DNA of 24,000 nt from Microcoleus sp. B6-A1 (GTDB taxonomy: Bacteria > Cyanobacteriota > Cyanobacteriia > Cyanobacteriales > Microcoleaceae). The stretch lies in assembly GCA_036705085.1 (NCBI GenBank), contig JAUBTU010000002.1. One strand, written 5' to 3'. The stretch's first letter is position 1. Every line of letters begins with the position of its first letter. The notes beneath the pieces are model-generated. The model had not been told where the DNA came from and did not search any database. It saw only the letters and a list, made by a program, of their open reading frames with translations. Both the position numbers and the translations under genes were made by a program. Shown piece by piece: positions 14,956-24,000 of the stretch.

Positions 14956-16485
14956 TTAAAGTCTGCGCCACTTGCGGCCATCTCTGTTAATTAGCAGTTC
15001 TGCTTCCGCAGGTTCCCAAGTACCCGCTTCGTATTTAGGAACCAAATCTTGGTCGTTGGACGATTCCCAAGCCATCAACGCCGGCGTTACCACCCGCCAA
15101 GCTTCTTCCACTTCATCAGAACGGGTAAACAAAGTTTGGTCGCCCAGCATACAATCAATTAACAGGCGATCGTAAGCATCCGAAGATGTCACCCCAAAGG
15201 AAGAACCGTAACTGAAATCCATATCCACCGTCCGCGTCCGCAAATCCGGCCCCGGCATTTTCGCCTCAAACCTCAGCGAAATCCCCTCGTTCGGATGCAC
15301 GCGCATAGTCAAAACGTTAGGAGTAGTTTGTTGGGCCGCGGACTGAAAGATTAGCAGCGGAACTTCGCGGAACTGAATCGCAATTTCGCTAACTTTTTTC
15401 GGCAACCGTTTGCCGGTTCGCAGGTAAAAAGGCACTCCCTGCCAGCGCCAGTTGTCAATCATAAACTTCATGGCCACAAAAGTCGGCGTTGTCGAGTTGG
15501 GAGCCACCCCCGGTTCTTCGTGATACCCCGGCACCTGTTTGCCCTTCATCCAACCTGCGGAATATTGACCGCGAATCGCTGAGAACTCTAAGTTATTCAA
15601 ATCTGCCAAGCGAGTTGCTTGCAGAACTTTCATCTTTTCGGTGCGGATGCTGTCAGCGTCGAGCGAGTTCGGCGGTTCCATCGCCGTCAGACAGAAAATC
15701 TGCATCAAGTGGTTTTGCAGCATATCCCGCAACGCCCCAGAGGATTCGTAGTAACCGGCCCGGTCTTCTACGCCTACTGTTTCTGCAACTGTAATTTGTA
15801 CGTGATCGACAAATTGCCGATTCCACAGCGGTTCAAAAATCGCGTTAGCAAACCGGAACACCATTAAATTCTGAACAGTTTCTTTACCCAAATAGTGGTC
15901 GATCCGGTAAACTTGCTGTTCTTGGCAAACCTTCTGCACGACTCGGTTAAGAGCTTTTGCTGAACTCAAGTCGCGGCCGAAGGGTTTTTCAATTACTAAG
16001 CGGTGTTTTACTGGATCGACTAGCATTTGAGCCGCGCCCAGTTGCCTAATTGCTTCTGGGAAAAAGTTCGGGGAAACCGACAGATAAAATATGTGATTGC
16101 CGCGAGTTCTCCTTTCTTCGTCGAGTTCGGCTAAGAAAGCTTTGAGTTTTTCATAGCTTTCGGGGTTGTCAATGTCGCCCGGACAGTAGTACAAACCTTT
16201 AGCGAAATCTTGCCAAAATTCTTCATTGCCAATGCCGCCGCCAAATTCTTCAATGCCTTCGCGCATTTGCTCTCGGAAGTAATCGTGACTCCAAGGGCGG
16301 CGGGCAACTCCCACCACGGTAGTTTCCGGTGGCAAGCGTCGATCGCGCTTCATCTGATAAATTGCAGGTACCAGTTTGCGCTGGGTGAGATCCCCAGAAG
16401 CTCCGAAGATGACCAGAATTTGTGGTTCCGGCACTCGTTCTTTTCGCAAACCTACCCGCAGCGGGTTTTCAAGAATTGTGACCAT
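14956..16485 (-). CDS. zwf: Glucose-6-phosphate 1-dehydrogenase
   Basis: 509 aa with '[14 protein letters not shown]' (NADP-binding site), 'RIDHYLGKE' (active-site motif) and 'EKPFGRDL'. Confidence 0.95.
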   Translation of the reverse strand: MVTILENPLRVGLRKERVPEPQILVIFGASGDLTQRKLVPAIYQMKRDRRLPPETTVVGVARRPWSHDYFREQMREGIEEFGGGIGNEEFWQDFAKGLYYCPGDIDNPESYEKLKAFLAELDEERRTRGNHIFYLSVSPNFFPEAIRQLGAAQMLVDPVKHRLVIEKPFGRDLSSAKALNRVVQKVCQEQQVYRIDHYLGKETVQNLMVFRFANAIFEPLWNRQFVDHVQITVAETVGVEDRAGYYESSGALRDMLQNHLMQIFCLTAMEPPNSLDADSIRTEKMKVLQATRLADLNNLEFSAIRGQYSAGWMKGKQVPGYHEEPGVAPNSTTPTFVAMKFMIDNWRWQGVPFYLRTGKRLPKKVSEIAIQFREVPLLIFQSAAQQTTPNVLTMRVHPNEGISLRFEAKMPGPDLRTRTVDMDFSYGSSFGVTSSDAYDRLLIDCMLGDQTLFTRSDEVEEAWRVVTPALMAWESSNDQDLVPKYEAGTWEPAEAELLINRDGRKWRRL

Positions 16486-16489
16486 GTTT

Positions 16490-17890
16490 CTATTTTGCTC
16501 CTTCTAAAGCTGACAGCCGCGCTAATACGGCTTGATAATTAGCAGTTATAGCGTTCGGCAACGAAATCTTGGAGTATTTCGGAGTATTTCTTAGTATTTC
16601 GCAGTCTGAGAATGCGTATCCATAACCATCATTCCTGTAAACGAAATGTACATCTTTCATGGTTGAAAAGCTGATTCGGTTCCCGTTGATGAGAACTTCA
16701 CAACCGTTCTTGTTTGGGGTTTTCACCCGTGCGGTGTAGATTCCTGCTTTCACCTTTTTTCTATCCTTGTTGATCGAAACCTTGACAATATCGCCAGCAC
16801 TGACATGATGAAACACATCTTTCGCCCTCTTGACTGCCGGGAATCCTGATGCGTTGACGCGCCGTGCTTGACGGTTCCCATGTCCTTTACAGGTAACAAG
16901 TAAAGGTTGATGGGTTCGCAAATTGATCGACTGCCCTGATTCCCCAATACAGGCGGCATCAATGCTGTGAGCCTTTTCTAACCCCTGAGAGCATCGGTTA
17001 TATTTCGTTCTCCCACCCGTCCAGCATTTGACCGAATCACATAATCCTTTCGCCATTCGCACAATTGCGTAACGAGTCGCGTTGACTGCTGCCGCATCCT
17101 TCAAAGGTTGCTTTACTTGTTTGAGAATTCGATCTAGGGTGCTCGGCTTTTGTAATAAAAAATCTCTGATGTCTCGATCGCCTTTCGCCTGATTACAAGC
17201 ATGGCAAGCCAATGTGAGATTAGAAACCCGATCGCTTCCTCCTTTTGATTTTGGATAAATGTGTTCGATTTCTAATGGCACATTCTCAGTGCCACAGTAC
17301 GCACATTTTCTCTCCCATTTTTGCAACAGATATTCACGCACTTCATAGCCGAATAACGTCCCTTGCTGATACTCTATACCGTTGATTTCAGGATGCTGCA
17401 ACTTCTGTATATCGAAGCGAACTTGCTCAATTTCAATGCACTCCACGGGGCAATACCGAATCAACCGCTTAATCCACGTCTCAACGGTTAAGACGCGGTG
17501 CCGAATGGAAGGTGCTAACCATCCTTCGGGTTTGCGGCGATCTAACCGCTTTTTGCGATACCGCAGATTGCGAGAACGTCTTCCCCGTCTGAATCCTGCC
17601 CGTTGCTCCAGGCCTGCTTTAATCGTTTCGCCACGATGCTGCAACTCCATCCTCCACACAATATCTTGACCGCATTGCAAGGCGAATCCGGTGAATTTTG
17701 ACCCCGGATCTATCTTGATGGAATACAACTTTGTGACAGGATTTTGCACTCGCTCTGGCAAAATCAAAACGTAGGGATATTGGCGAAACACTTTCGCCTT
17801 CCCCTTTGATTGAATCTCTCTCGCACGAGCAGGATGAATCAGATCTAATGGCATTTTATCGGTATTCAAAAGAAACACATAATTTGGCAT
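16490..17890 (-). CDS. iscB: IscB (OMEGA-system RNA-guided RuvC/HNH nuclease, Cas9 ancestor); the track ORF extends to a GTG at 17905
   Basis: Domain order: an N-terminal PLMP-like segment ('[26 protein letters not shown]'); RuvC-I '[14 protein letters not shown]'; an Arg-rich bridge helix '[15 protein letters not shown]'; RuvC-II '[11 protein letters not shown]'; HNH 'CAYCG...[34 protein letters not shown]'; RuvC-III '[10 protein letters not shown]'; and a C-terminal '...NGNRISF...YRNDGYGY' TAM-interaction-like domain. The ATG at 17890 has GGAGAAGG just upstream. Confidence 0.85.
   Translation of the reverse strand: MPNYVFLLNTDKMPLDLIHPARAREIQSKGKAKVFRQYPYVLILPERVQNPVTKLYSIKIDPGSKFTGFALQCGQDIVWRMELQHRGETIKAGLEQRAGFRRGRRSRNLRYRKKRLDRRKPEGWLAPSIRHRVLTVETWIKRLIRYCPVECIEIEQVRFDIQKLQHPEINGIEYQQGTLFGYEVREYLLQKWERKCAYCGTENVPLEIEHIYPKSKGGSDRVSNLTLACHACNQAKGDRDIRDFLLQKPSTLDRILKQVKQPLKDAAAVNATRYAIVRMAKGLCDSVKCWTGGRTKYNRCSQGLEKAHSIDAACIGESGQSINLRTHQPLLVTCKGHGNRQARRVNASGFPAVKRAKDVFHHVSAGDIVKVSINKDRKKVKAGIYTARVKTPNKNGCEVLINGNRISFSTMKDVHFVYRNDGYGYAFSDCEILRNTPKYSKISLPNAITANYQAVLARLSALEGAK
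16571..16600. repeat. 10-nt tandem repeat (GGAGTATTTC x2 + TTAGTATTTC) inside the 3' tail of the iscB ORF
   Basis: Direct reading of 16571-16600. On the coding strand it encodes '...[11 protein letters not shown]...', downstream of the conserved IscB C-terminal '[10 protein letters not shown]'. Confidence 0.9.
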
Positions 17891-18260
17891 TTCTGCCTTC
17901 TCCACATATTGGGTTAAGTTTGCTTCGATCGGCTTGAGGGCTTGTTAATCGGTTTGGTGTTCTACCTTCAGAAACTAGGCGATGTTCCTCCCCTAACCGC
18001 TTGGGACTAGCAATCTCTATAGCTGAGAAAATCCCATTAAGGTTGTGACCTTTCAAGCGTCTCCACCTTCCTCAAGGGTGGGATCTGGCGTAGCAGGTAG
18101 ATTAACTACTGAAGATTCGGGAAGACCCCGAATTACTCTGTTTCTTTGCTACTCATTTCTGCTAGTTGCTCGGCCAGATAGCTAATCTGTGCTTCGTAGT
18201 TAGGAATGGAAACTCAGCATTTAGGAACCAAAACAATTATCCATTCCGACTCCTAAATGC
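17891..18260 (-). ncRNA. Candidate IscB omega-RNA (scaffold upstream of and abutting iscB; 5' boundary and guide not determinable here)
   Basis: IscB omega-RNAs are encoded directly 5' of iscB. This 370-nt non-coding stretch has no ORF. On the minus strand it contains several hairpins: ATTCGGGgtcttCCCGAAT (~18119-18137), CCACCcttgaggaaGGTGG (~18063-18081), and interleaved pairings at 18203-18260. The extent is a guess. Confidence 0.5.
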
Positions 18261-18288
18261 TTCTGCCTCTAAGGATACAGATATCACA

Positions 18289-19443
18289 CTAGGCAACGGG
18301 TGAGAGCTTCTGCACTTTCTCTTGCAAGGAATCCATCAGGGATTGGAACGGGGTGACGAATTTATCAATCCCGTCCAAGAGCAAGTCTGCCATCACTTGG
18401 TCTAAGTTGATGTCGATGTCGGGATCTTTGAGACTTTCGATTAGCGTGTAAGCTTCTGCAACGTTGTTCTCAATCCGGGGTGCGACATCGCAGTGATCGA
18501 AACAAGCTTCAACAGTGTTCGGCGGCAAAGTGTTAACGGTGTCGGGGCCGATTAGTTCATCGACGTACATGACATCGCTGTAGTTGGGGTTTTTGGTGCT
18601 GGTGGAAGCCCACAGCAAGCGCTGCACTTTCGCTCCTTTGGCTGCTAAAGCTTGCCAGCGATCGCTCGCTACGATCTCTTTATACTTCTGGTAAGCTACC
18701 TTCGCATTGGCGATCGCAATTTTCCCCTTCACCGCTTCCAGTTTAGCTTTGGTGGAAATATCTGTGACATTTTTGAGTTTCTCGTCAATCTTGCCATCGA
18801 TATTGATGTCGATCCGGCTCAAGAAGAAACTGGCAACAGAAGCAATATTGCTCACATCCAAACCTTTAGCCACCCGCGCTTCCAATCCGCGAATGTAAGC
18901 CCAGAAGGTTTCGACGTAGCTGTCAACCGAGAACAGTAAAGTCACGTTAACGTTAATTCCTTCGCTGATGACTTGCTCGACTGCGGGCAAACCTTGAGCG
19001 GTTCCCGGAATCTTAATCATCACGTTTTCTTTGCCGAGGGCTTGGTAATAGCGTATGGCTTCGCTAATCGTGCTTTCTGTGTCGTTGGCGATCGTCGGTG
19101 GCACTTCAATGCTAATGTAGCCGTCCAAACCCTTCGACTCTGCGTAAACGGGGGCGAAGATGTCGCAAGCGTTGCGGATATCTTCAAATACCAGAGATTC
19201 GTAAATCTCCATTACAGATTTACCCGCCCGGATGCCCGCTTCGATATCCGCGTCGTAAATCACATTACCCGCGATCGCTTTCTCAAAAATAGCCGGATTA
19301 GATGTAATCCCGCGCAGTCCTCGACTTTCAATCATCTGTTTTAGTTCGCCGGACTCGATCAGATCGCGAGTCAAATTGTCCATCCAGATACTTTGGCCAA
19401 TTTCTTTGATTTCTAACAGGTGATTCGTTGGTGTTGCTGTCAT
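18289..19443 (-). CDS. tal: Transaldolase (long, ~380-aa cyanobacterial/plant type)
   Basis: 384 aa with 'GQSIWMDNLTRDLI', 'RGITSNPAIFEKAI', 'ISIEVPP' and 'MIKIPGT' (active-site Lys context). Confidence 0.93.
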   Translation of the reverse strand: MTATPTNHLLEIKEIGQSIWMDNLTRDLIESGELKQMIESRGLRGITSNPAIFEKAIAGNVIYDADIEAGIRAGKSVMEIYESLVFEDIRNACDIFAPVYAESKGLDGYISIEVPPTIANDTESTISEAIRYYQALGKENVMIKIPGTAQGLPAVEQVISEGINVNVTLLFSVDSYVETFWAYIRGLEARVAKGLDVSNIASVASFFLSRIDINIDGKIDEKLKNVTDISTKAKLEAVKGKIAIANAKVAYQKYKEIVASDRWQALAAKGAKVQRLLWASTSTKNPNYSDVMYVDELIGPDTVNTLPPNTVEACFDHCDVAPRIENNVAEAYTLIESLKDPDIDINLDQVMADLLLDGIDKFVTPFQSLMDSLQEKVQKLSPVA

Positions 19444-19515
19444 TACTGTAACTCCTACAATTTGATAGCTGTTAATTGGGAATTTAGGATCGGGTCTAAA
19501 AGCATTGGGTCTTGC

Positions 19516-19612
19516 TTAGTTGTTAGTTGTTAGTTGTGATTTTTTGGTTTTAATCACCAATAACTAATGACCAATAACTAATGACTAATTACCAATAACT
19601 AATGACTAATGA
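19516..19612. repeat. Heptamer-based tandem arrays: (TTAGTTG)x3, then (ACCAATA/ACTAATG)-type 7/14-nt repeats
   Basis: ttagttg x3 at 19516-19536. 'accaataactaatg' repeats with variants across ~19555-19612, in the fbp-tal intergenic region. Confidence 0.9.
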
Positions 19613-19614
19613 CT

Positions 19615-20748
19615 TCACTCTTGGACTGTTCTAGGATTGCGCGATCGATCTTGAATAAAAGACTCGACCATCGCTACATTTTCTTTACTGCCGATAATCA
19701 AGGGCGATCGCTCGTGCAGCTTGGTCGGCACAACGTCTAAGATGTCTTGAATGCCCGTACTGGCGCGCCCGCCGGCTTGCTCCATCAAAAACGCCAAAGG
19801 AGCAGATTCGTAGAGCAAACGCAATTTGCCCTCCGGTTGTTTGACCGTTCCGGGGTACAAAAACACGCCTCCCTGGAATAAAATCCGGTGGAAATCTCCC
19901 ACCAAAGCCCCGCCGTACCGGGCGGTGTAGCCTTCGCTGCGGTGTACGTAGCGAATGTAGTCTCTCAAAGATTCCTCCCACTGCCAGAAGTTGCCTTCAT
20001 TAACGCTGTAAATCGGGCCGCGATCGGGAACCTTAATGTTTTCGTTAGCTAGAATAAACTCGCCCAAACTGGGGTCGAGGGTAAAGGAATGAACACCCTG
20101 ACCGATCGAATAAACCAACATGGTACTGGGGCCGTAGAGTACATAGCCAGCGGCAATTTGTTTGTGTCCATGTTGCAGCAAGTCGGAAGCAGAGCCATCT
20201 GCATCGTCCCCCTCTTGCTTGCGGATGCTGAATATGGAGCCTACATTGAGATTGATGTCAAGATTGGAAGAACCGTCTATGGGGTCGTAGAGCAGACTGT
20301 AACGCCCGATCGGACAGTTTTCGGGAATGTAGTAGGGTTTTTCCATTTCCTCGGAAGCCAAGCGGCAGACAAGTCCGCTTTGCTGGAAGACCGAGATAAA
20401 CACTTCATTGGCATAGATATCCATCTTTTTGACGGATTCTCCCTGCACGTTCGTAGCCCCTGTAAACCCCAAGGCATCTGCCATTAATCCGGCTCTGCTG
20501 AGTCGCCTCGCGATCAGCTTGGCTGCGAGCCCGATGCGATTCATCAGAGCGCTGAGATCCTGAGCATCTGCTGAAAAGCTGTGAAGTTGCTGGAGTACGT
20601 GACGGGATAGAGTAGTGCAATCGCGGTCTAAGGCTTGCACCTGATCGATCGGGCCCAGTCGGGTTTCCCCTGTCGGCGCTTGTACCATGATATTGATAAC
20701 CTCCCTGTCTTGCTGCTGTGGATTTGGGTTCGATGGAGTCCTTGACAC
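19615..20748 (-). CDS. fbp: Class 1 fructose-1,6-bisphosphatase (start may be the internal ATG at 20688)
   Basis: Motifs 'DPIDGSSN', '[12 protein letters not shown]', 'YSVNEGN' and '[13 protein letters not shown]...GGVFLYPG'. It is the first gene of the conserved fbp-tal-zwf-opcA arrangement. Confidence 0.92.
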   Translation of the reverse strand: MSRTPSNPNPQQQDREVINIMVQAPTGETRLGPIDQVQALDRDCTTLSRHVLQQLHSFSADAQDLSALMNRIGLAAKLIARRLSRAGLMADALGFTGATNVQGESVKKMDIYANEVFISVFQQSGLVCRLASEEMEKPYYIPENCPIGRYSLLYDPIDGSSNLDINLNVGSIFSIRKQEGDDADGSASDLLQHGHKQIAAGYVLYGPSTMLVYSIGQGVHSFTLDPSLGEFILANENIKVPDRGPIYSVNEGNFWQWEESLRDYIRYVHRSEGYTARYGGALVGDFHRILFQGGVFLYPGTVKQPEGKLRLLYESAPLAFLMEQAGGRASTGIQDILDVVPTKLHERSPLIIGSKENVAMVESFIQDRSRNPRTVQE

Positions 20749-21173
20749 TTGCCCCTAAATCGGCTAAGAGACCGATCGTCCCCCAACTTCTATCTTAGGA
20801 AGGGTTTTGCGAAAGGGCGCTAAACTTTAGGTGAATTTTAGATCCGCATCGAAAATTGAGGAGTTCGATCGACTGTTGAGTCGGGAATTGTATTCAAAAT
20901 CACTAATTTTTTTAATTAACCGCTCTTGACGCTCTTAACCTAGAGGAATAGCAGAAGGAAGAAGGAAGATTGTTGGTAAGCTGTTGCACATTTAAACAGT
21001 GATACAAGCATTACCCTTGTTTTGGATTTTTCGCCCCCATTTAATTATTAAATGTCATTCATTTAAGAGGCTATGCAATAAATACTCTAGCTCTTCAAGT
21101 GATGTAAAAAATCGATTGACAATATATTCTTTTGTCGATTTTCCTACGAATTCAATTAAGTTATAGTCGGGTC

Positions 21174-22968
21174 GTATCGGCTCAATAAATAGGGGGAGCA
21201 GTTATTCTAGTTGCCAAGACAAGCCCAAGGGATGAAGAGAAGATTATTCGCGAATAATAGTAGAGAGAGAGGGAATAACTCGAAGTTGAGAAATTCGGTC
21301 CCGGACATAATCGAAAAAACTGATTCCCAACTGACGAGTAGTAGCAACAAGAGACATAAAAGTATCCCAAGCCCTCGTACCCTCAATCGTTTGAGTTGCA
21401 TAGCTAATATTACGTCGCTGCACCATAGTTCTGGCAGCTAGCTCAGCCGGATTATTGTGTAAAGGTAATTCAGGATGCTCTAAAACTCTCAGCAACTCCG
21501 ATACTTTTGTCGCAGTTAATTGTTTGCGCTCATCCAACAATTCATAGCCACTCGGAGTTTCAAAAAGCAGCCGAAATTTAGCCTTTAAAGGCTGTGCAGC
21601 TTCGGGACTGGGAGCATCTTTATAAGCTAATAATTCCCGATAATAATCCCAAAAATCTTCGATAAACTGCCCTAAAATTACTTGATGGCAAGGGAATACC
21701 GGGCTTAACTTCTTGTAATGCCTTCCCTCGTGTACCCAACATAACGCTCGCTCGGCAGTGATTAACTTGAATTGCGGAGCATCATCACAACAAAGAGTTT
21801 GTACGACTGGACAATCTGTTTGCTGATGGTAGAAGGCAATAGCTGCTGCTTCCTTAATCCGGGTCAGTTGTTGAACACCCAGTTTGGGTAGATACTTATT
21901 GAGTAGGTGATTAAACTGTGACTCACTCAACACCGTTTCTTGAGGTAATAGCTTGAGAGCATTCTGCCATTTAGTCGGGATTTTGAAGTCCCCAATTAGT
22001 GAGAATGTGAGTGGATTCAACAGGAATTCTAGTTCTCGTCCTGGCTGTAATCCTTTCAGGACAGTCAATCTGTCTTTATTCGCTGTTGTAAAGTAGACTG
22101 TATATAAAGGGTTGCAGATGATATTGGTAGTATGGTTTACTCCACCTACACGCGCACCAGTTTGGTCGAAGTGTTGCCTGCAGACTACTTGCTAGTCCTG
22201 AATCATAAACTTCTTTTTTCTCGGTTTCAAAACCTGAGTGGTTTTTGATTAACAGGTTGGATAAATAACCCGCTGATATAGAAATACCTAGATCTGCTAA
22301 AAACTCCAGTAGTTTGCCTTGCGTCATATTGCCACCATAGTACAAACTAATGATTAAGGCTTTGATTCCTGGTCCAAATTCTCCTTCGTAGCCCATTGGT
22401 AATTCTGCTACATAAGTTTTTCCGACTGAGGGTGAGTAATATTTCTGTTTGCGGAATAATATGTTGTCGGTTGCCAAGCTGATATCTTGGATGATTACTT
22501 GTTCGTATCCTTTAAATTCTGCATCTGCTGGTAGTTGGTATGCAAGGATATTCTAGTATTTCTTCTCGATCTATTTTAATTGTGGCGTTCTTACTGCCTT
22601 TGCTGTGCTTTTTTGGGGTTTTTCGTTCTTTCTCGCTATGAGTGCTGGCTTTTGAATCCTTTGGACTTGGCTTTGATGTCTGGTTTTCCTTGCTCTCCCT
22701 TCAATCGGTTATTTTCATCTTTTAACCGTTGATTCTCTGACTCCAAGTCTTTGACTTTTAATTCTAATTGCTCTATTAGGTTCAGTAATATCTCTACTGT
22801 GTGACGCATGGATTCGTCTGCAATACCTTTTGGGTCGATGGTTTGCAGTATCTTGAAGGATGACTTGTCTTGTGAAATAATCTTTGGCGTCATGTGTCCT
22901 ATTTTATGACACTTTGTGTACTCTGCTTACTTTTTTTTCTCTCCTACCCCTACTTATTGAGCCGATAC
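21174..22968 (-). mobile_element. IS66-family-like insertion sequence (~1.8 kb) with 22-23-bp terminal inverted repeats; transposase frameshifted
   Basis: The left end gtatcggctcaataaataggggg (21174-21196) is the near-perfect reverse complement of the right end cccctacttattgagccgatac (22947-22968). Three collinear minus-strand ORF fragments lie between them. Confidence 0.8.
21244..22893 (-). pseudogene. IS66-like transposase split into three frames (22636..22893, 22076..22477, 21244..22068)
   Basis: The N-fragment has the leucine-zipper/coiled-coil 'LELKVKDLESENQRLKDENNRLKGEQGKP'. The C-fragment has 'CWVHEGRHYKKL' and 'LPLHNNPAELAARTMVQRRNISY...LGISFFDYVRDRIS', paralleling the IS66 TnpC motifs (CWAH.RR.F; L..DNN.AER..R). 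Confidence 0.7.
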
Positions 22969-23502
22969 AAAATTAACTTTGAGTAAAATATCTGAGTTGC
23001 TTTTAGTTTTGGAGCATCCGGAATTACCTTTACATAATAACCCGGCCCAATTAGCTGCTAGAACAATCGTGCAGCGACGAAATATTAGTTATGCAACCCA
23101 AACTTGTGAAGGAACTAAGGCGATGGATGTTTTCATGTCTCTGGTGGCGACTACCCGCAAATTAGGAATTAGCTTTTTTGAATATATGCACGACCGTATT
23201 TCTTACCTGGGAAATATTCCATCTCTAGGGACGATTATTCGTCAACAATCTTCGGTTTATTCTCTGGGTGTGTCCTGGTCTGATTGAAGAAATTCAAAAA
23301 AATATAAAGGCTCTGAATTATTGGCACTTGATTCCTGTAGTAAGTGTCGTATAAACCCACGGTTAATTGTGACTTTAGTGGCTAAAAAAGACTATGACAT
23401 TCTTGATTTTATGATTAATAATAATATGTCATATTCTACCATGCTGTGCCTAGATTGTGAACCTTATTTTTTTACTGTTACCCCGATTTATTGAGCGGAT
23501 AC
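22969..23502 (+). mobile_element. 5'-truncated second copy of a related IS66-like element (transposase C-terminal fragment 22979..23287 plus its terminal IR)
   Basis: The 102-aa ORF 'SKISELLLVLEHPELPLHNNPAQLAARTIVQRRNISYATQT...' is paralogous to the C-terminus of the 274-aa fragment. Homology begins at the boundary of the neighbouring IS. The end-repeat ccccgatttattgagcggatac lies at 23481-23502. Confidence 0.7.
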
Positions 23503-23521
23503 ATTCCAATCAACTCGGCAG

Positions 23522-23728
23522 TTGTTTAATCAGTTCTTGACGCTGTTGGCAACTACAGGGAAACGCCAACAGCGACAATGGCATCAATTGCTGTTGGAAC
23601 AGGTGGCAACTAATTTACTCATGATTCGACCTGAGCGTTCCGAACCTAGAGTCTTGAAACGCAGACCGAAACCGTATCCTCGAATGCAGGAACCTCGCTC
23701 TGTCTTGAAATCTAAACGGAGGGCGTGA
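23522..23728 (+). pseudogene. C-terminal remnant of a different DDE transposase (possibly IS4-like)
   Basis: '...LLLEQVATNLLMIRPERSEPRVLKRRPKPYPRMQEPR...' resembles the basic C-terminal tails of IS4-type transposases as I recall them. There is no upstream coding continuation. The overlapping minus ORF 23584..23805 is less convincing. Confidence 0.35.
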
Positions 23729-23880
23729 TTGAGACTTTTTCTGTGCCATTGCTCTATAGCCCTTGCCTGCTCAACGATCATCTCTACCAGTTTCTCTGTC
23801 GCCAACTGTTTTAAGATTTCACTGTTGTAAGGATTCAGGTCAAAAAAGACTTAAGTGGCGGCATCTGGTAAAATAAAAGA

Positions 23881-24000
23881 ATGAAAAAGCCCGCAGCAAC
23901 CAGACAGAAGGAAAAAACCGAAATCGAGCAGTTGAGCCAAGCTGAACTGGTAGAAATGGTACTGGGGCTGCAAAAAATCATTGCAGAATTGCAAGAAAAA
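23881..24000 (+). CDS. 5' part of an ORF running off the window; coiled-coil N-terminus typical of IS66-like transposases
   Basis: The ATG at 23881 gives MKKPAATRQKEKTEIEQLSQAELVEMVLGLQKIIAELQEK..., open to the window end. This resembles the N-terminal zipper of the neighbouring IS transposase. Confidence 0.4.
   Translation, partial: MKKPAATRQKEKTEIEQLSQAELVEMVLGLQKIIAELQEK

Larger units (their letters stand above)
16490..18260 (-). mobile_element. TnpA-less IscB/omega-RNA (IS200/IS605-superfamily-derived) element inserted between tal and zwf; ends not defined
   Basis: iscB plus its upstream structured RNA region occupy essentially the whole tal-zwf spacer (18288..16486). No tnpA (Y1 transposase) ORF is present. 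Confidence 0.55.

Noticed and set aside
17856-18056. 66-aa minus-strand ORF upstream of iscB
   Set aside because: It overlaps the iscB start and the region expected to encode the omega-RNA scaffold. It has no start context or motifs. The region is more parsimoniously non-coding RNA.
2803-19612. Short tandem repeat arrays considered as CRISPR arrays
   Set aside because: The units are 7-14 nt and directly abutting, with no spacers, and no cas genes are nearby. These are STRR-type microsatellites, not CRISPR.
23584-23805. 73-aa minus-strand ORF
   Set aside because: It overlaps the plus-strand transposase-tail fragment, whose basic 'RPERSEPRVLKRRPKPYPR' pattern is more recognisable. Neither is likely functional, and only the plus-strand remnant is reported.

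Overview
This window looks like chromosomal DNA from a filamentous cyanobacterium, probably Oscillatoriales-like. The evidence is many GCGATCGC (HIP1) sites, numerous 7-nt tandem repeat (STRR-type) arrays in intergenic regions, and cyanobacterial gene content. That attribution is an inference. Housekeeping genes: a BI-1/YccA membrane protein (partial), prfB with its programmed +1 frameshift, rpsU, cobyrinate a,c-diamide synthase, and the oxidative pentose phosphate operon fbp-tal-zwf-opcA on the minus strand. Accessory and unusual content: (1) An IscB (RuvC/HNH, Cas9-ancestor OMEGA nuclease) gene with a ~370-nt structured upstream region (candidate omega-RNA) sits between tal and zwf. Its stop codon is 4 nt from the zwf ATG. 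(2) An AT-rich islet holds a KGK-domain gene and a tandemly duplicated two-gene cassette (102-aa + 150-aa proteins). The cassette has the organisation and mosaic divergence of orphan toxin/immunity modules. (3) A nitrogen-scavenging group comprises an AtzE-like amidase with an untracked 58-aa AtzG/DUF4089-like partner, an AllA-like cupin, and a codA gene split by a 149-bp insertion with a 7-bp duplication; removing the insertion restores the frame. (4) A radical SAM enzyme carries a TPR block between its core and a Cys-rich SPASM/twitch-like tail. (5) The right end is an IS graveyard: a frameshifted IS66-like element with 22-23-bp inverted repeats abuts a truncated relative, followed by two more transposase fragments. 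Several long plus-strand ORFs antisense to opcA, zwf, cobB and the amidase are rejected as spurious.
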